Position numbers and translations under genes: made by a program. The notes below the pieces were generated by a model that made no database searches, was not told where the DNA came from, and was given only the letters and a program-made list of their open reading frames with translations. A DNA stretch of 64,000 bases, from positions 391,938-455,937 of the forward strand of contig JAGNLV010000001.1 of assembly GCA_017999435.1 (NCBI GenBank). Reading direction: 5' to 3'. This document shows positions 1-9,101 of this stretch, piece after piece. The DNA comes from Candidatus Zixiibacteriota bacterium (GTDB lineage Bacteria; Zixibacteria; MSB-5A5; GN15; FEB-12). Numbering within the stretch: the stretch's first letter is position 1; the number at the start of each line of letters is the position of its first letter.

Positions 1-614
1 CCAAGGGGCGGATCGATCGCGTGATCGTCGGCGCGGCGGCCCTCAAAGCGCCCACCGCGGTCGCCAACATCCTCCCCGGCCAGACCTGGATCGGCGGCAC
101 CCTCAAGATCATCGAACGCCGCGAGACCTCCCTGGAGACCTCGTTCGAGGACGCCGATTTCGAGAGCGTCGTCGACAGCCTCGAGGAGTACACCACCAAC
201 GGCTGGGGTTTCGACGTCGGCTTGTTGTGGGACGCTCCGGGCGGCGGGCTCACCCTCGGCGCCAACCTCGTCGACCTGATCGGCAGCCTCGGCGATGATT
301 CTCCCCCTATGGTCGTCAACGTCGGCGGGGCCTACCGTCTGTCCGAAAAACTGACGCTGGCCGCCGACATCGACGACCTCTTTTTCCACGAAGGGATGTC
401 CTTCTTCAACCGCGTGTACATCGGCGGCGAATTCCTGCCCGCGAAATTCTTCGCCCTCCGCGGCGGCTTCGGCCAGGGGTATCCCTCCTTCGGAATGGGT
501 CTCGACTTCTCGGTGCTCCGGCTCGACGCCGCGGTCTACGGCCTCGAGCGGACCGACAACCCCGGCGGCGAATCCGACTACAACTACGTCGCCCGGCTCG
601 TCCTGGGCTACTAG
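1..614 (+). CDS. C-terminal part of an outer-membrane beta-barrel-like protein (5' end outside window)
   Basis: The reading frame is open to the window edge. It has a Gly/aromatic-rich alternating pattern and ends ...YVARLVLGY, a terminal aromatic typical of OM barrels. No family recognised. Confidence 0.45.
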   Translation, partial: KGRIDRVIVGAAALKAPTAVANILPGQTWIGGTLKIIERRETSLETSFEDADFESVVDSLEEYTTNGWGFDVGLLWDAPGGGLTLGANLVDLIGSLGDDSPPMVVNVGGAYRLSEKLTLAADIDDLFFHEGMSFFNRVYIGGEFLPAKFFALRGGFGQGYPSFGMGLDFSVLRLDAAVYGLERTDNPGGESDYNYVARLVLGY

Positions 615-642
615 GCTTCCACCCGCCGAGTGATACCACAAT

Positions 643-669
643 GCCCGTTCGCGCGCTGCGCGAACGGGC
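643..669. terminator. GC hairpin between convergent genes (possible bidirectional terminator)
   Basis: Perfect 12-bp arms GCCCGTTCGCGC / GCGCGAACGGGC with a 3-nt loop, followed by ATTAT. The T-tract is weak. Confidence 0.45.
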
Positions 670-711
670 ATTATCCTGTCTGATCCCGGTCCGGTGCGGG
701 CCGCGCCGGCT

Positions 712-2220
712 CTACCGCTTCTTCCCCTCCAGCTTCTTCCAGCGCATCAGCAGGTCCACCAGCAGCCGCAGCCCGAATCCGGTCGGCCCTTTCGGGACAT
801 ACGGCCTGCCGGCCGGCTCCACATCAACATAAGCGATGTCGATGTGCGCCCAGGGCCAGTCGCCGACGAAGTTCTCCAGGAAGGCCGCCGCCGCGATGGT
901 CCCGGCCGGCTTGCCGCCCGAGTTCGTCAGATCGGCGATCGGCGACTTCATCTGCTCCCGCATGTCGTCCCAGATCGGCAGCGGCCACACCCGTTCCCCG
1001 GTGGCCGCGGACCCAGCTTTGATCCGCGCCAGCAGACCTTCATGGTTCCCCAGGATGGGCGCACCGGCGTAGCCGAGGATGTACAGCGTCGCCCCGGTGA
1101 GCGTGGCGATGTCGATCACCGCCTGCGGATTGAACGTGTTCGCGTAGTCGAGGGCGTCGGCCAGGAGAAGGCGCCCCTCGGCGTCGGTGTTGATGATCTC
1201 GATCGTCTTTCCCTTGCGCGAGGTTACGATGTCTCCCGGCCGCGTGGCCGTACCCGAGGGCATATTCTCCGCCAGCGGCATGAGCCCGACCAGGTTGATC
1301 CGGAGCCGCAGGCGCGCCGCCGTCACGAGCGCCGCCAGGACCGCCGCCGAGCCGGCCATGTCCCCCTTCATCTCGTGCATGTTGAGCGGATCCTTCAGGC
1401 TGATCCCGCCCGTGTCGAATGTCACGCCCTTGCCGACCAGCACCACCGGCTTCTGCCCGCGCCCGCCCCCGTGGTAGCGCAGCACGACAAACCTCGGTTT
1501 CTGCGCCGATCCCTGCGCGACCGCGAGCAGCGCTCCCATCTTCTCCTTTTTGATCGCAGCCTCGTCGAGCACCGTGACCTCGATCTTGTGCCGGCGGGCG
1601 AGCGCCGCGGCCTCCTGGGCGTAGAGCGAGGGCGTGAGGCGGTTCGACGGCGTGCCGGCCAGGCGCCGCACCAGGAGTTGTCCCTCCGCGATCGTCCACC
1701 CGCGCTCCACCGCCTGCTGCAGCGGCCTGAGCTGCGCCCGCCCCTTGACCATGAACGTGATCCGGGTCGTCCGCCGCGGGTCTTTGGCCTCCTCGCCGGA
1801 CTTGAACTCGCGCTGCTTCCACCCGCCGAGCAGATACCCTTCCGCCGCCGCCTGAAAGCAATCCGCCCTCGTCGCCGTGCCGAGATGGATCGCCAGCGAC
1901 TCGGCGCGGGTGAGCGCCGGCAGGTTCGCGATCCGCCCCAGCGCCCTGCGGTAGGCGTCATGGCCGGCGACACGGCGCTCGCCGACCCCGACCAGCACCA
2001 CCTGCGGGGCGGCGAAACCCTCCGGGCTCAGAATCACCGCATACTGCCCGTCCTTGCCGAAAAACTCCTCCGTCTGGCGCAGCCGCGTGATCCCCCCCCG
2101 CGTCCCCGCGTCGAGCCGCTTCAAATACGGATCGACCGGCTTGTCATACTGCGTCACGCACAGGACCAGGCAGTCGGCTGCGGTCCCGGCCGGGTCTTCC
2201 GCCGAATACTTCAGTATCAT
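712..2220 (-). CDS. pepA: Leucyl aminopeptidase (M17 family)
   Basis: Carries VGKGVTFDTGGISLK and NTDAEGRLLLADAL signatures. GGAG lies 6 nt upstream of the ATG at 2220; the ORF is open to 2232 but has no RBS there. Confidence 0.9.
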   Translation of the reverse strand: MILKYSAEDPAGTAADCLVLCVTQYDKPVDPYLKRLDAGTRGGITRLRQTEEFFGKDGQYAVILSPEGFAAPQVVLVGVGERRVAGHDAYRRALGRIANLPALTRAESLAIHLGTATRADCFQAAAEGYLLGGWKQREFKSGEEAKDPRRTTRITFMVKGRAQLRPLQQAVERGWTIAEGQLLVRRLAGTPSNRLTPSLYAQEAAALARRHKIEVTVLDEAAIKKEKMGALLAVAQGSAQKPRFVVLRYHGGGRGQKPVVLVGKGVTFDTGGISLKDPLNMHEMKGDMAGSAAVLAALVTAARLRLRINLVGLMPLAENMPSGTATRPGDIVTSRKGKTIEIINTDAEGRLLLADALDYANTFNPQAVIDIATLTGATLYILGYAGAPILGNHEGLLARIKAGSAATGERVWPLPIWDDMREQMKSPIADLTNSGGKPAGTIAAAAFLENFVGDWPWAHIDIAYVDVEPAGRPYVPKGPTGFGLRLLVDLLMRWKKLEGKKR

Positions 2221-2261
2221 GTGAGACTCCATTTATCGCACGCCGTCCGTTGAGTGCGCCG

Positions 2262-3398
2262 TTAGCGCTTGATCGCGTATTTCAGGTCCGCGCGGTCGCG
2301 GTCCTGGTAGGCAATATGGGGGCGTCCCTGGTGGTCGAGCGCCAGACTGCAGTAGGCGCCCACCGATCCCGAATTGTCCGCCCGCTCCGCCGCCCAGCCG
2401 GTCCCGCGCACGGCGTACACCAGCGAGGAATCGGCCCAGCTCCAGTAGGCGAGGTGCGGCACCCCGCCGGCGTCGAGCCGCAGACTCAATTGCTCGCCGT
2501 CGGGCGTGCGCATCTCGGGGGCCGGACCCAGCGCCGCCCCGTCGATCACTTCGATCGACCACCCGGTCTCGGTCTTCACCGCATACGCCATCCCCGCCGG
2601 GTCGACCGAGTTGAACGCAATCTGCGGCTCCCCGTCCGGCGTCACGCCCAGCGAGCACTGGTACCAGGCCGTGGTGTCGCCCACCACCGTGTCGATCGCC
2701 CAGGCTCCCGGCGAGCCGACCGCGTAGTACAGATCGAATCCCGGGTATCCGGCGTTTCCGATATAGGCGACGTGGCAAAGCCCCTGCGAATCGATGGCCG
2801 CCGACGAGGCGACAATCGCGGCCCCCGAATCGATCGCCGCGATTTCCCAGGCGTCCGCCTGCACGTCGAGAACCGCCAGCCACAGGCCCGCGACCGAATC
2901 GCTGATTGTCTTGCCGTAGGAGATAACCGGGACGCCGTCGGCCGTAGACGTCATCGACAGCGCGCAGAAACGTTCCCCCGCCCCGTCGACCGTCTCCACC
3001 TGCCAGCCGTTAACCAGCTCGGAGGCGTAGCGCACCTCGTCGGCAGTCTGGTCGATGAAAGCGACGTGCGACCCGCCGGCCCGGTCGACCAGAATCACCG
3101 GCGGCGCGAGGTCCGAGGTCGCGGTGTTGGCATCGATGACTGCGAATTGCCATTGCGCCCCATCATAGTGCGCATACTTCAAATTGTCCGGCCCAAACTC
3201 GTTGTAGTAGACCAGGTGGGGCCGATCCGATCCGTCCACGGCAATCGAGGTGAACAGCCCGGTCCGCCCGGCTGTGTCGACCGCCTCGGTGTACCACTGA
3301 TCCGGCGCGGGACCCGTCGGCTCGTCTCCGTCGCCGCAGCCGACAATGAGAGCCGCCGTCAACACCGCCGCGGCCGCCGGCACAAGCATTCGTCTCAT
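2262..3398 (-). CDS. Lipoprotein with seven ~45-50 aa repeats (beta-propeller-like), function unknown
   Basis: Signal peptide plus lipobox (LIVGC). Seven repeats end in related motifs: PHLVYYN, SHVAFID, VPVISYG, CHVAYIG, PQIAFNS, PHLAYWS, PHIAYQD. Confidence 0.6.
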   Translation of the reverse strand: MRRMLVPAAAAVLTAALIVGCGDGDEPTGPAPDQWYTEAVDTAGRTGLFTSIAVDGSDRPHLVYYNEFGPDNLKYAHYDGAQWQFAVIDANTATSDLAPPVILVDRAGGSHVAFIDQTADEVRYASELVNGWQVETVDGAGERFCALSMTSTADGVPVISYGKTISDSVAGLWLAVLDVQADAWEIAAIDSGAAIVASSAAIDSQGLCHVAYIGNAGYPGFDLYYAVGSPGAWAIDTVVGDTTAWYQCSLGVTPDGEPQIAFNSVDPAGMAYAVKTETGWSIEVIDGAALGPAPEMRTPDGEQLSLRLDAGGVPHLAYWSWADSSLVYAVRGTGWAAERADNSGSVGAYCSLALDHQGRPHIAYQDRDRADLKYAIKR

Positions 3399-3507
3399 GA
3401 CTACCCCTTTCCGTCAGCCAGATTCAGGGGCAGTATAGCGGATTCCCGCGGCCGGGGCAACAGCCGCGACAGCCCGATGCACACCGGCCGGAGGGCCACA
3501 TAAGGGG

Positions 3508-4707
3508 CTAGAATTGCGTGTCGAGATAGGTGGTGAAGTTGCGTTCCGTTTCGGCCAGGTTGTCCGCCCCGAACTTCTCCAGGAACGCCTCCGCCAGCAC
3601 GAGCGCCGCCACGCCCTCGCCGATCACGCCCAGCGCCGGCACGGCGCAGGTGTCGGTCCGCTCCACCATCGCCTCCCCCGGCTCCTTCGTGGCCACATCC
3701 ACCGTCCGGAGCGGCCGATTGAGCGTGGAGAGCGGTTTTCCCGCCACCCGCACGACCACATCCTCGCCGTTGGTGACGCCCCCCTCGATTCCCCCCGCGT
3801 TGTTCGTCCGGCGGAGGAACCGCTTGCGCCGCGGGTCGCCGTCGGGATCGTAGAAGATTTCGTCGTGCGCTTCGGACCCGCGCCGCCCTGCGGCGGCGAA
3901 ACCCAGGCCGATCTCGACCCCCTTCACCGAGGGCACCGCCATGAGCGCCCCCGCCAGGCGGCCGTCGAGCCGCTGCCGCCACTGCGAGAACCCGCCCAGG
4001 CCGATCGGCAGCCCGCGGACGATGATCTCGACAATTCCCCCCAGCGAATCACGCACCGCGCGGGCCGCCCGGATCGCCTCGATCATCCGCTCTCCGGCCG
4101 CGGCGTCGAGACAGCGCACTTCCGAGGCCTCCGTGACCTCGCGGACCCGGGTCAGATCGCTGAGGTCATAGCCGCGGGGGACTTCGACCTCGCCGATCCG
4201 CACGACGTGGGAAGCGAACTCGACGCCGAAATGCTCGAGCAGCTGGCGCGCCAGCGCCCCGAGCGCCGTCCGCGCCGCCGTCTCCCGCGCCGAAGCCCGC
4301 TCCAGCACGTTGCGCATGTCGTGGTGGTTCCATTTGACGGCCCCCGGAAGGTCGGCGTGCCCGGGCCGGGGACGCCGGGTGGCGGCGGTCCGCTGCCGGT
4401 CGCGCAGATCCAGCTCCCCCGGCATCGGTTCGAGCGGGTGCATGATCCGCGCCCAGTTTTCCCAGTCGCGGTTCCGGATCACCAGCGTGATCGGTCCCCC
4501 CATGGTCACCCCGCCGCGCACACCCGAGACGAACTCGGCCTCGTCGCGCTCGATTTTCATGCGCCCGCCCCGCCCGAATCCCTTCTGGCGCCGCGCCAAC
4601 TGGTAATTGACCTCGGCCGGGTCGATCCGGAACCCCGCCGGAAGACCGTCGAGGATCGCCGTCAGTTGCGGGCCGTGCGATTCGCCGGCTGTCACATACG
4701 TCAGCAT
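3508..4707 (-). CDS. aroC: Chorismate synthase
   Basis: N-terminus MLTYVTAGESHGPQL and a ~400 aa length typical of AroC, with conserved GGxSxR-like segments. Confidence 0.92.
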   Translation of the reverse strand: MLTYVTAGESHGPQLTAILDGLPAGFRIDPAEVNYQLARRQKGFGRGGRMKIERDEAEFVSGVRGGVTMGGPITLVIRNRDWENWARIMHPLEPMPGELDLRDRQRTAATRRPRPGHADLPGAVKWNHHDMRNVLERASARETAARTALGALARQLLEHFGVEFASHVVRIGEVEVPRGYDLSDLTRVREVTEASEVRCLDAAAGERMIEAIRAARAVRDSLGGIVEIIVRGLPIGLGGFSQWRQRLDGRLAGALMAVPSVKGVEIGLGFAAAGRRGSEAHDEIFYDPDGDPRRKRFLRRTNNAGGIEGGVTNGEDVVVRVAGKPLSTLNRPLRTVDVATKEPGEAMVERTDTCAVPALGVIGEGVAALVLAEAFLEKFGADNLAETERNFTTYLDTQF

Positions 4708-4738
4708 GACCCCATGGTACGGCGCCGCCGCCTGCCGG

Positions 4739-6082
4739 TCAACTGCCGAGATGGGCGGCCTCTTCGGCCGCCGTGAGCACGCCGCCGATATCCCCCGAGG
4801 TCTCCATCGACTCCATCCGCCGCGCGATCCGGTCGTCGATATTCAGCGCCTCCGACATGTTGTAGAATTTCTGCTTGTCGATGGGCGAGAGCTCTTTCAT
4901 CTCTTCGAGCACGGCCACGATCTTCTTCACCGACCGGTCGATCACGTCGAGATTGGACGGGAGCTTCTCCAGCAGCGGCGACGCCGCCGCTCCCTTGCCG
5001 TGCTGCATCCGGAGCAGTTGCGACCGCCCGTAGATCGCCATCACCGCGTTGTTGAGGTAGTGCGACAGAGTCGCCATGGCGATATTCTTCGACTCGATCG
5101 CCCCCTTCGCCCGCTCCTCCGCCAGGAGCTTCTGGGTCAGCGCCTGCCGCTCCTTGAAGAGGTTCTCGATCGTCAGGTACGACTTCCAGATTTCCTGGTT
5201 CGCCTTGACCAGCATCTCCTCCACGTTCCCGATATCGACGCCGAGAAATTCCGCCGTCGAGATCGTGGCCGCCAGCAGCGACGACGATATCTCGTCGAGC
5301 GTCTTCTTCTCGATCCCCAGCCCCCGGGATACCCGGTTGATGTCCTCGAGCCGCTGTTCGATTCGCGGCTCGTACCCGGAGAAATGGTCGTTGGTGAGCA
5401 GCACCGCCATCCGGACAATGTTCGAGAGCGTCTGCTGCTCCCCGACCATCGCCGTCTCGTGGTGCTCGCGAATGGCCGCCCGGATATACTCGGGCAGCTT
5501 CCAGGCCTCCGCAAGGTACCCCCCGACCTCGGTGTGGTCGATGCTGAACACCTCCCGTTCGGCCTCCGCCAACGTGCAGCTCTTGTCCTTCCGCTGCGCC
5601 ACCCTGCGGTACTCCCGGGGATAGTGGTGGAGGAAGAACAGCACCCCGATGTCCTGGAGCAGACCGGCAATCATCGCTTCTTCGGGCGACCGGTACTTCA
5701 CCGCCTTCGCCGTCTGCTCGGCGGCCGCGGCGACCGCCAGCTCGTACTGGAAGAACGCCTTGGCGTCGATCCCCGATTCGGCGGAGACTTTGTCCGGGTG
5801 GAAGATCGAGGTGGAGAGGGCCAGGCACTTGACCGTCGTGACCCCCATGACCGAAATCGCCTGGTTGACCGTCTTGATCTCCGCCAGGCGATGATAGAAA
5901 GGCGAATTGACCAGATGGAGAATCCGACTGGTCAGGTTCGGATCATTGAGAATGACTTTCGCCAGCGAGTCTGGAGAGAAGTTCTCCTTCCCCACCTCTT
6001 CCAGCACTTTCGAGAGCACCTGCGGAATGGACAACAACCGGTCGTTCCGGCGTATTTGCTCGATAATCCCGATTCGATCCAT
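4739..6082 (-). CDS. HDOD-domain signalling protein with a C-terminal DHp-like helix and no ATPase domain
   Basis: HDOD-like N-terminal half (LLSIPQVLSKVLE..., HTEVGGYLAEAWKLPE), then a coiled coil, then an H-box-like LSHYLNNAVMAIYGRSQLL. The protein ends without N/G boxes. Confidence 0.7.
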   Translation of the reverse strand: MDRIGIIEQIRRNDRLLSIPQVLSKVLEEVGKENFSPDSLAKVILNDPNLTSRILHLVNSPFYHRLAEIKTVNQAISVMGVTTVKCLALSTSIFHPDKVSAESGIDAKAFFQYELAVAAAAEQTAKAVKYRSPEEAMIAGLLQDIGVLFFLHHYPREYRRVAQRKDKSCTLAEAEREVFSIDHTEVGGYLAEAWKLPEYIRAAIREHHETAMVGEQQTLSNIVRMAVLLTNDHFSGYEPRIEQRLEDINRVSRGLGIEKKTLDEISSSLLAATISTAEFLGVDIGNVEEMLVKANQEIWKSYLTIENLFKERQALTQKLLAEERAKGAIESKNIAMATLSHYLNNAVMAIYGRSQLLRMQHGKGAAASPLLEKLPSNLDVIDRSVKKIVAVLEEMKELSPIDKQKFYNMSEALNIDDRIARRMESMETSGDIGGVLTAAEEAAHLGS

Positions 6083-6173
6083 ACGCGGATAATCCTTTCC
6101 CTGTCATACTACCGTTATCGGCTTGGGAATTCAGGAGTTAACCGCGAGCCCCGGGAAACCGGAAATATCGAAC

Positions 6174-9101
6174 TCAGATCGGTGAGATCTGCACGGCCGA
6201 CCGAATGATCTCTGTAAGCTGTTCAATCCGAAAGGGTTTATAGAGGACCCGGACAATCCCTGCCTCCTCAAGCTGCGCCCGGTCGGTCGTCACCTCCCAC
6301 CCCGTGACCAACACGATCGGCGTGTCCGGCTGAAGCTTGCGAATCTCCGCCGCCACCTCCAGGCCGGACATCCCCGGCATCGCCAGGTCGGTCAGCACAA
6401 GCGTGAACCGCTGCCGCCGCGCCAGCGCGATTCCCTCCGGCCCCGAGGACGCCACCGCCACCTCGTAGCCCATTGACTGGCTCATGGCCGCGATCAGATC
6501 GAGAATGACTGTCTGGTCGTCGATCGCCAGAATCCGGACCGCTTCCTTCGGACGGGCCGCCCGCGCCGACCCTCCCGGCGCCGCCGTCGGAAACTGGAAC
6601 GACAGGTAAGTCGAGGGCTGGGTGTGGCGGTCGTGGGCGTAGGTGACGTCGCTATCGGCCAGGTAGCGCAGGAACGTATCCGATGGCCGCTGGCGGAGCG
6701 CCTCTGGGGCGCCCTCGTACTCGCCGAAGCCGGCCACCTTGTCGACCGGCGGGAAATTGCGGTGGTGCCGCGAGAGATCGAGGCACAGCCGGTCGTCCGA
6801 CCGATACAGGCGCAGCGTGAGCACATCGTCGTCGGCCGCCGCCGCCCCGAACCGGTTGAGCATTTCTTCGACCAGTCCGTAGAGGCGTTCCTCGGCCACC
6901 GGCACGACGCCGTCGGCTTCGGCGAGCACGGCCATTTCGCGCGCCCGCCCGCCGGCCAGGTAGAGATTTTCGGCCACCTGCAGGCGGCGGAGCACCGCTT
7001 TCACCACCGCCCCGAGCGACTTGTCCTCGACCGCCGCCACCGCCGTCGACGGCGCCGGCAGCCGCATCCGTCCCAGCGAATCCTTCAGCGCTTTCGCCGC
7101 CTGTTCGGCCTCGGCGATGACGCTGCGGAGATGCTGCGCCACATCCCCCGTGAGATTGGTCCGCGTGAAAGCGAGTTCGGCGTTCCCGATCACGGCGGAG
7201 AGGTGGTTGTTCAACTCGTTGACCATCCGCCCCACGAGATCCTGATCCACGCCGCCCCCCGTCGTCTGCGCCTCCAGCACCCGCCGGTTGAGCTCGGCCA
7301 CCGTCAGCCGCACCGAATACAGCGAGGAGGCCAGGGTGAGCAGCCGCTCCCACTCTCCCCGCTCGCTCTCGGTCGCGTCGTACAGGAGAAAGAGGGCCAC
7401 CGCGGCCACGCGATCGAGCCTCAAAATGGGGCAGGCCGCGGCGAAGCCCGGCACGCCCTGCTCGCCGAAGAGCGCCTGCATCTGCTCGCGCGATCCCGAT
7501 TCCAAAGCCTCGATCGCCCGTCCGACCGCCGCCCGGCTGAACACGAACCGCCCCTCGGCGCGGTTGGCCGCCTCCCCCACGATCCCCTCGCCCGGCAGCA
7601 AGCGGAGATCCGCCGCCCCCGGCGCGCCGCCGACAGCGGTGAACGAGCCGTCGTTCTCCCGACGGAACAGGACGGCCAGACTCCCCGCCGGCAGCGCCGG
7701 GGCCATGTGCGCCGTGAAGAAATCGGGCTGCTTGTCGGGCTCGACGTCGACATCGAACCGCAGCAACTGCAGCACCGTCTCGAACCCCTTCCGCCGCGTC
7801 AGGTCGAGCCGCTCGGTGTCCGCCCGCTGGAGCGCCAGCCGGGCGAGACCTCCGAACAGCTCAAGCTGTTTGAGATCGTCATCGTCGACCCGGAACGGCC
7901 CGTCCTCCCGCCGCAGAAGGAGCGCGCTCGCCTCCCGCCCGCCCAGCGGCGCCACGAGACTGGACACGGCCACGAATTTCCGCCCGCCGTCGCCCACCCC
8001 CTCCTGGTTGATCACGAGCGGCTTGTTGCGGTCGAGCGCATCCACCAGCGCCGTCCGGTAATTCTCCGAAATGTCCCCGAGCGATTCCGACCCGCCGTAA
8101 AACTGCAGCGCTCCGCCGGTCAGCCCGAAGAGGTGGACGGAGCGGCTCTCGGCGACGCCCGCGAGCGCCCGGCAGAAAGCCGCCACCCCGTCGCGCGCGC
8201 CCAGGGCCGCCGTTGCCGCCCGCAGACGGGTCGCCAGGTCATCCCCCCGCTGCGCCCGCTCCTCGCTCTGCCGCACCGCCGCTGTCAGCTCCCGCTCCAG
8301 CCGCGCCGACTTGATCTTCTCCGCAATCCACTCCGCCACCGGCTGTAAATACCGGATCTCCGCCCGGCTGAAATAGTGCTCCGCCTCGGCCACCAGCAGG
8401 ATGCCCCCGATCTTCTCCATCCCCGACACCAGCGGCAGCACCAGCACCGACTGAAAGCGCGAGGGCCGCTCCGCCCCCGAACGCTCGATGAAGCTGAAAC
8501 TCCGACCGAGAATCGGCTCGCCGATATCGATACTCTGACTGACGGTATTCCGCTGGAGCGGGAAATACTCCAGCAGCGCGGTCTCCTCCTGGGAGAGCCC
8601 GACCGAGGCGGTGAGTACGAACTGCCGGTGCTTCCGGTTGAGCAGGAACACCGCCCCCGCCGCGTCCGGAAGGTGCGACACGATCTCCCGGATTGACATG
8701 GAGAGCAGGTCCACGAGTTGGTACGGTCCGCGCGCGTCCCGCTGGAGGTTGTCGAGGATCGACAGCTTCTGGTCGCGCACCTCGATGTCCTCGCGCCGCG
8801 TCTGCCACCCGTCGGCATAGAACGCCAGGCCCGCCGCCGCCAGGAGCAGCCCGGCGAGGATCACGGCAAAGTGCGCGAGGTCGAGATAGGGGTAGGCCGC
8901 GGCCACGAACCAGTCGGCGTAGGCCGCCGTCTGCCGCACGCCGTGCCAGACCGCCGCCGCCGTGAGCACCGCCCCGCCCGCCACAAAGAGCCACCTCCCC
9001 GCGGCCTCCTCGTCGGCGAACAACCGCAGCCGCACCGTGAGAAAAATCACGGTGAGCGCCACCGCCGCCGGCAGGAGGATGATCGGGAGATGCTCGATCA
9101 T
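6174..9101 (-). CDS. Membrane sensor protein: TM region, GAF-like repeats, degenerate histidine-kinase core, C-terminal receiver domain
   Basis: Four N-terminal hydrophobic helices. The DHp-like motif VNELNNHLSAVIGNAELAF has Asn where the phospho-His is expected. The receiver domain is intact: RILAIDD...LVLTDLAMPGMSG...LYKPF. Confidence 0.7.
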   Translation of the reverse strand: MIEHLPIILLPAAVALTVIFLTVRLRLFADEEAAGRWLFVAGGAVLTAAAVWHGVRQTAAYADWFVAAAYPYLDLAHFAVILAGLLLAAAGLAFYADGWQTRREDIEVRDQKLSILDNLQRDARGPYQLVDLLSMSIREIVSHLPDAAGAVFLLNRKHRQFVLTASVGLSQEETALLEYFPLQRNTVSQSIDIGEPILGRSFSFIERSGAERPSRFQSVLVLPLVSGMEKIGGILLVAEAEHYFSRAEIRYLQPVAEWIAEKIKSARLERELTAAVRQSEERAQRGDDLATRLRAATAALGARDGVAAFCRALAGVAESRSVHLFGLTGGALQFYGGSESLGDISENYRTALVDALDRNKPLVINQEGVGDGGRKFVAVSSLVAPLGGREASALLLRREDGPFRVDDDDLKQLELFGGLARLALQRADTERLDLTRRKGFETVLQLLRFDVDVEPDKQPDFFTAHMAPALPAGSLAVLFRRENDGSFTAVGGAPGAADLRLLPGEGIVGEAANRAEGRFVFSRAAVGRAIEALESGSREQMQALFGEQGVPGFAAACPILRLDRVAAVALFLLYDATESERGEWERLLTLASSLYSVRLTVAELNRRVLEAQTTGGGVDQDLVGRMVNELNNHLSAVIGNAELAFTRTNLTGDVAQHLRSVIAEAEQAAKALKDSLGRMRLPAPSTAVAAVEDKSLGAVVKAVLRRLQVAENLYLAGGRAREMAVLAEADGVVPVAEERLYGLVEEMLNRFGAAAADDDVLTLRLYRSDDRLCLDLSRHHRNFPPVDKVAGFGEYEGAPEALRQRPSDTFLRYLADSDVTYAHDRHTQPSTYLSFQFPTAAPGGSARAARPKEAVRILAIDDQTVILDLIAAMSQSMGYEVAVASSGPEGIALARRQRFTLVLTDLAMPGMSGLEVAAEIRKLQPDTPIVLVTGWEVTTDRAQLEEAGIVRVLYKPFRIEQLTEIIRSAVQISPI

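Noticed and set aside
694-2253. Long antisense or alternative-frame ORFs throughout the window. Examples: 694-2253 (+), 3514-4776 (+), 6624-8348 (+), 19108-21264 (+), 37460-39610 (-), 48486-50738 (-), 53547-55355 (-), 56254-58971 (-).
   Set aside because: Their translations are Arg/Pro/Gly/His-rich, low-complexity and motif-free. Each lies opposite or out of frame to a gene with clear family signatures. This is the expected artefact of stop-codon-poor high-GC DNA.
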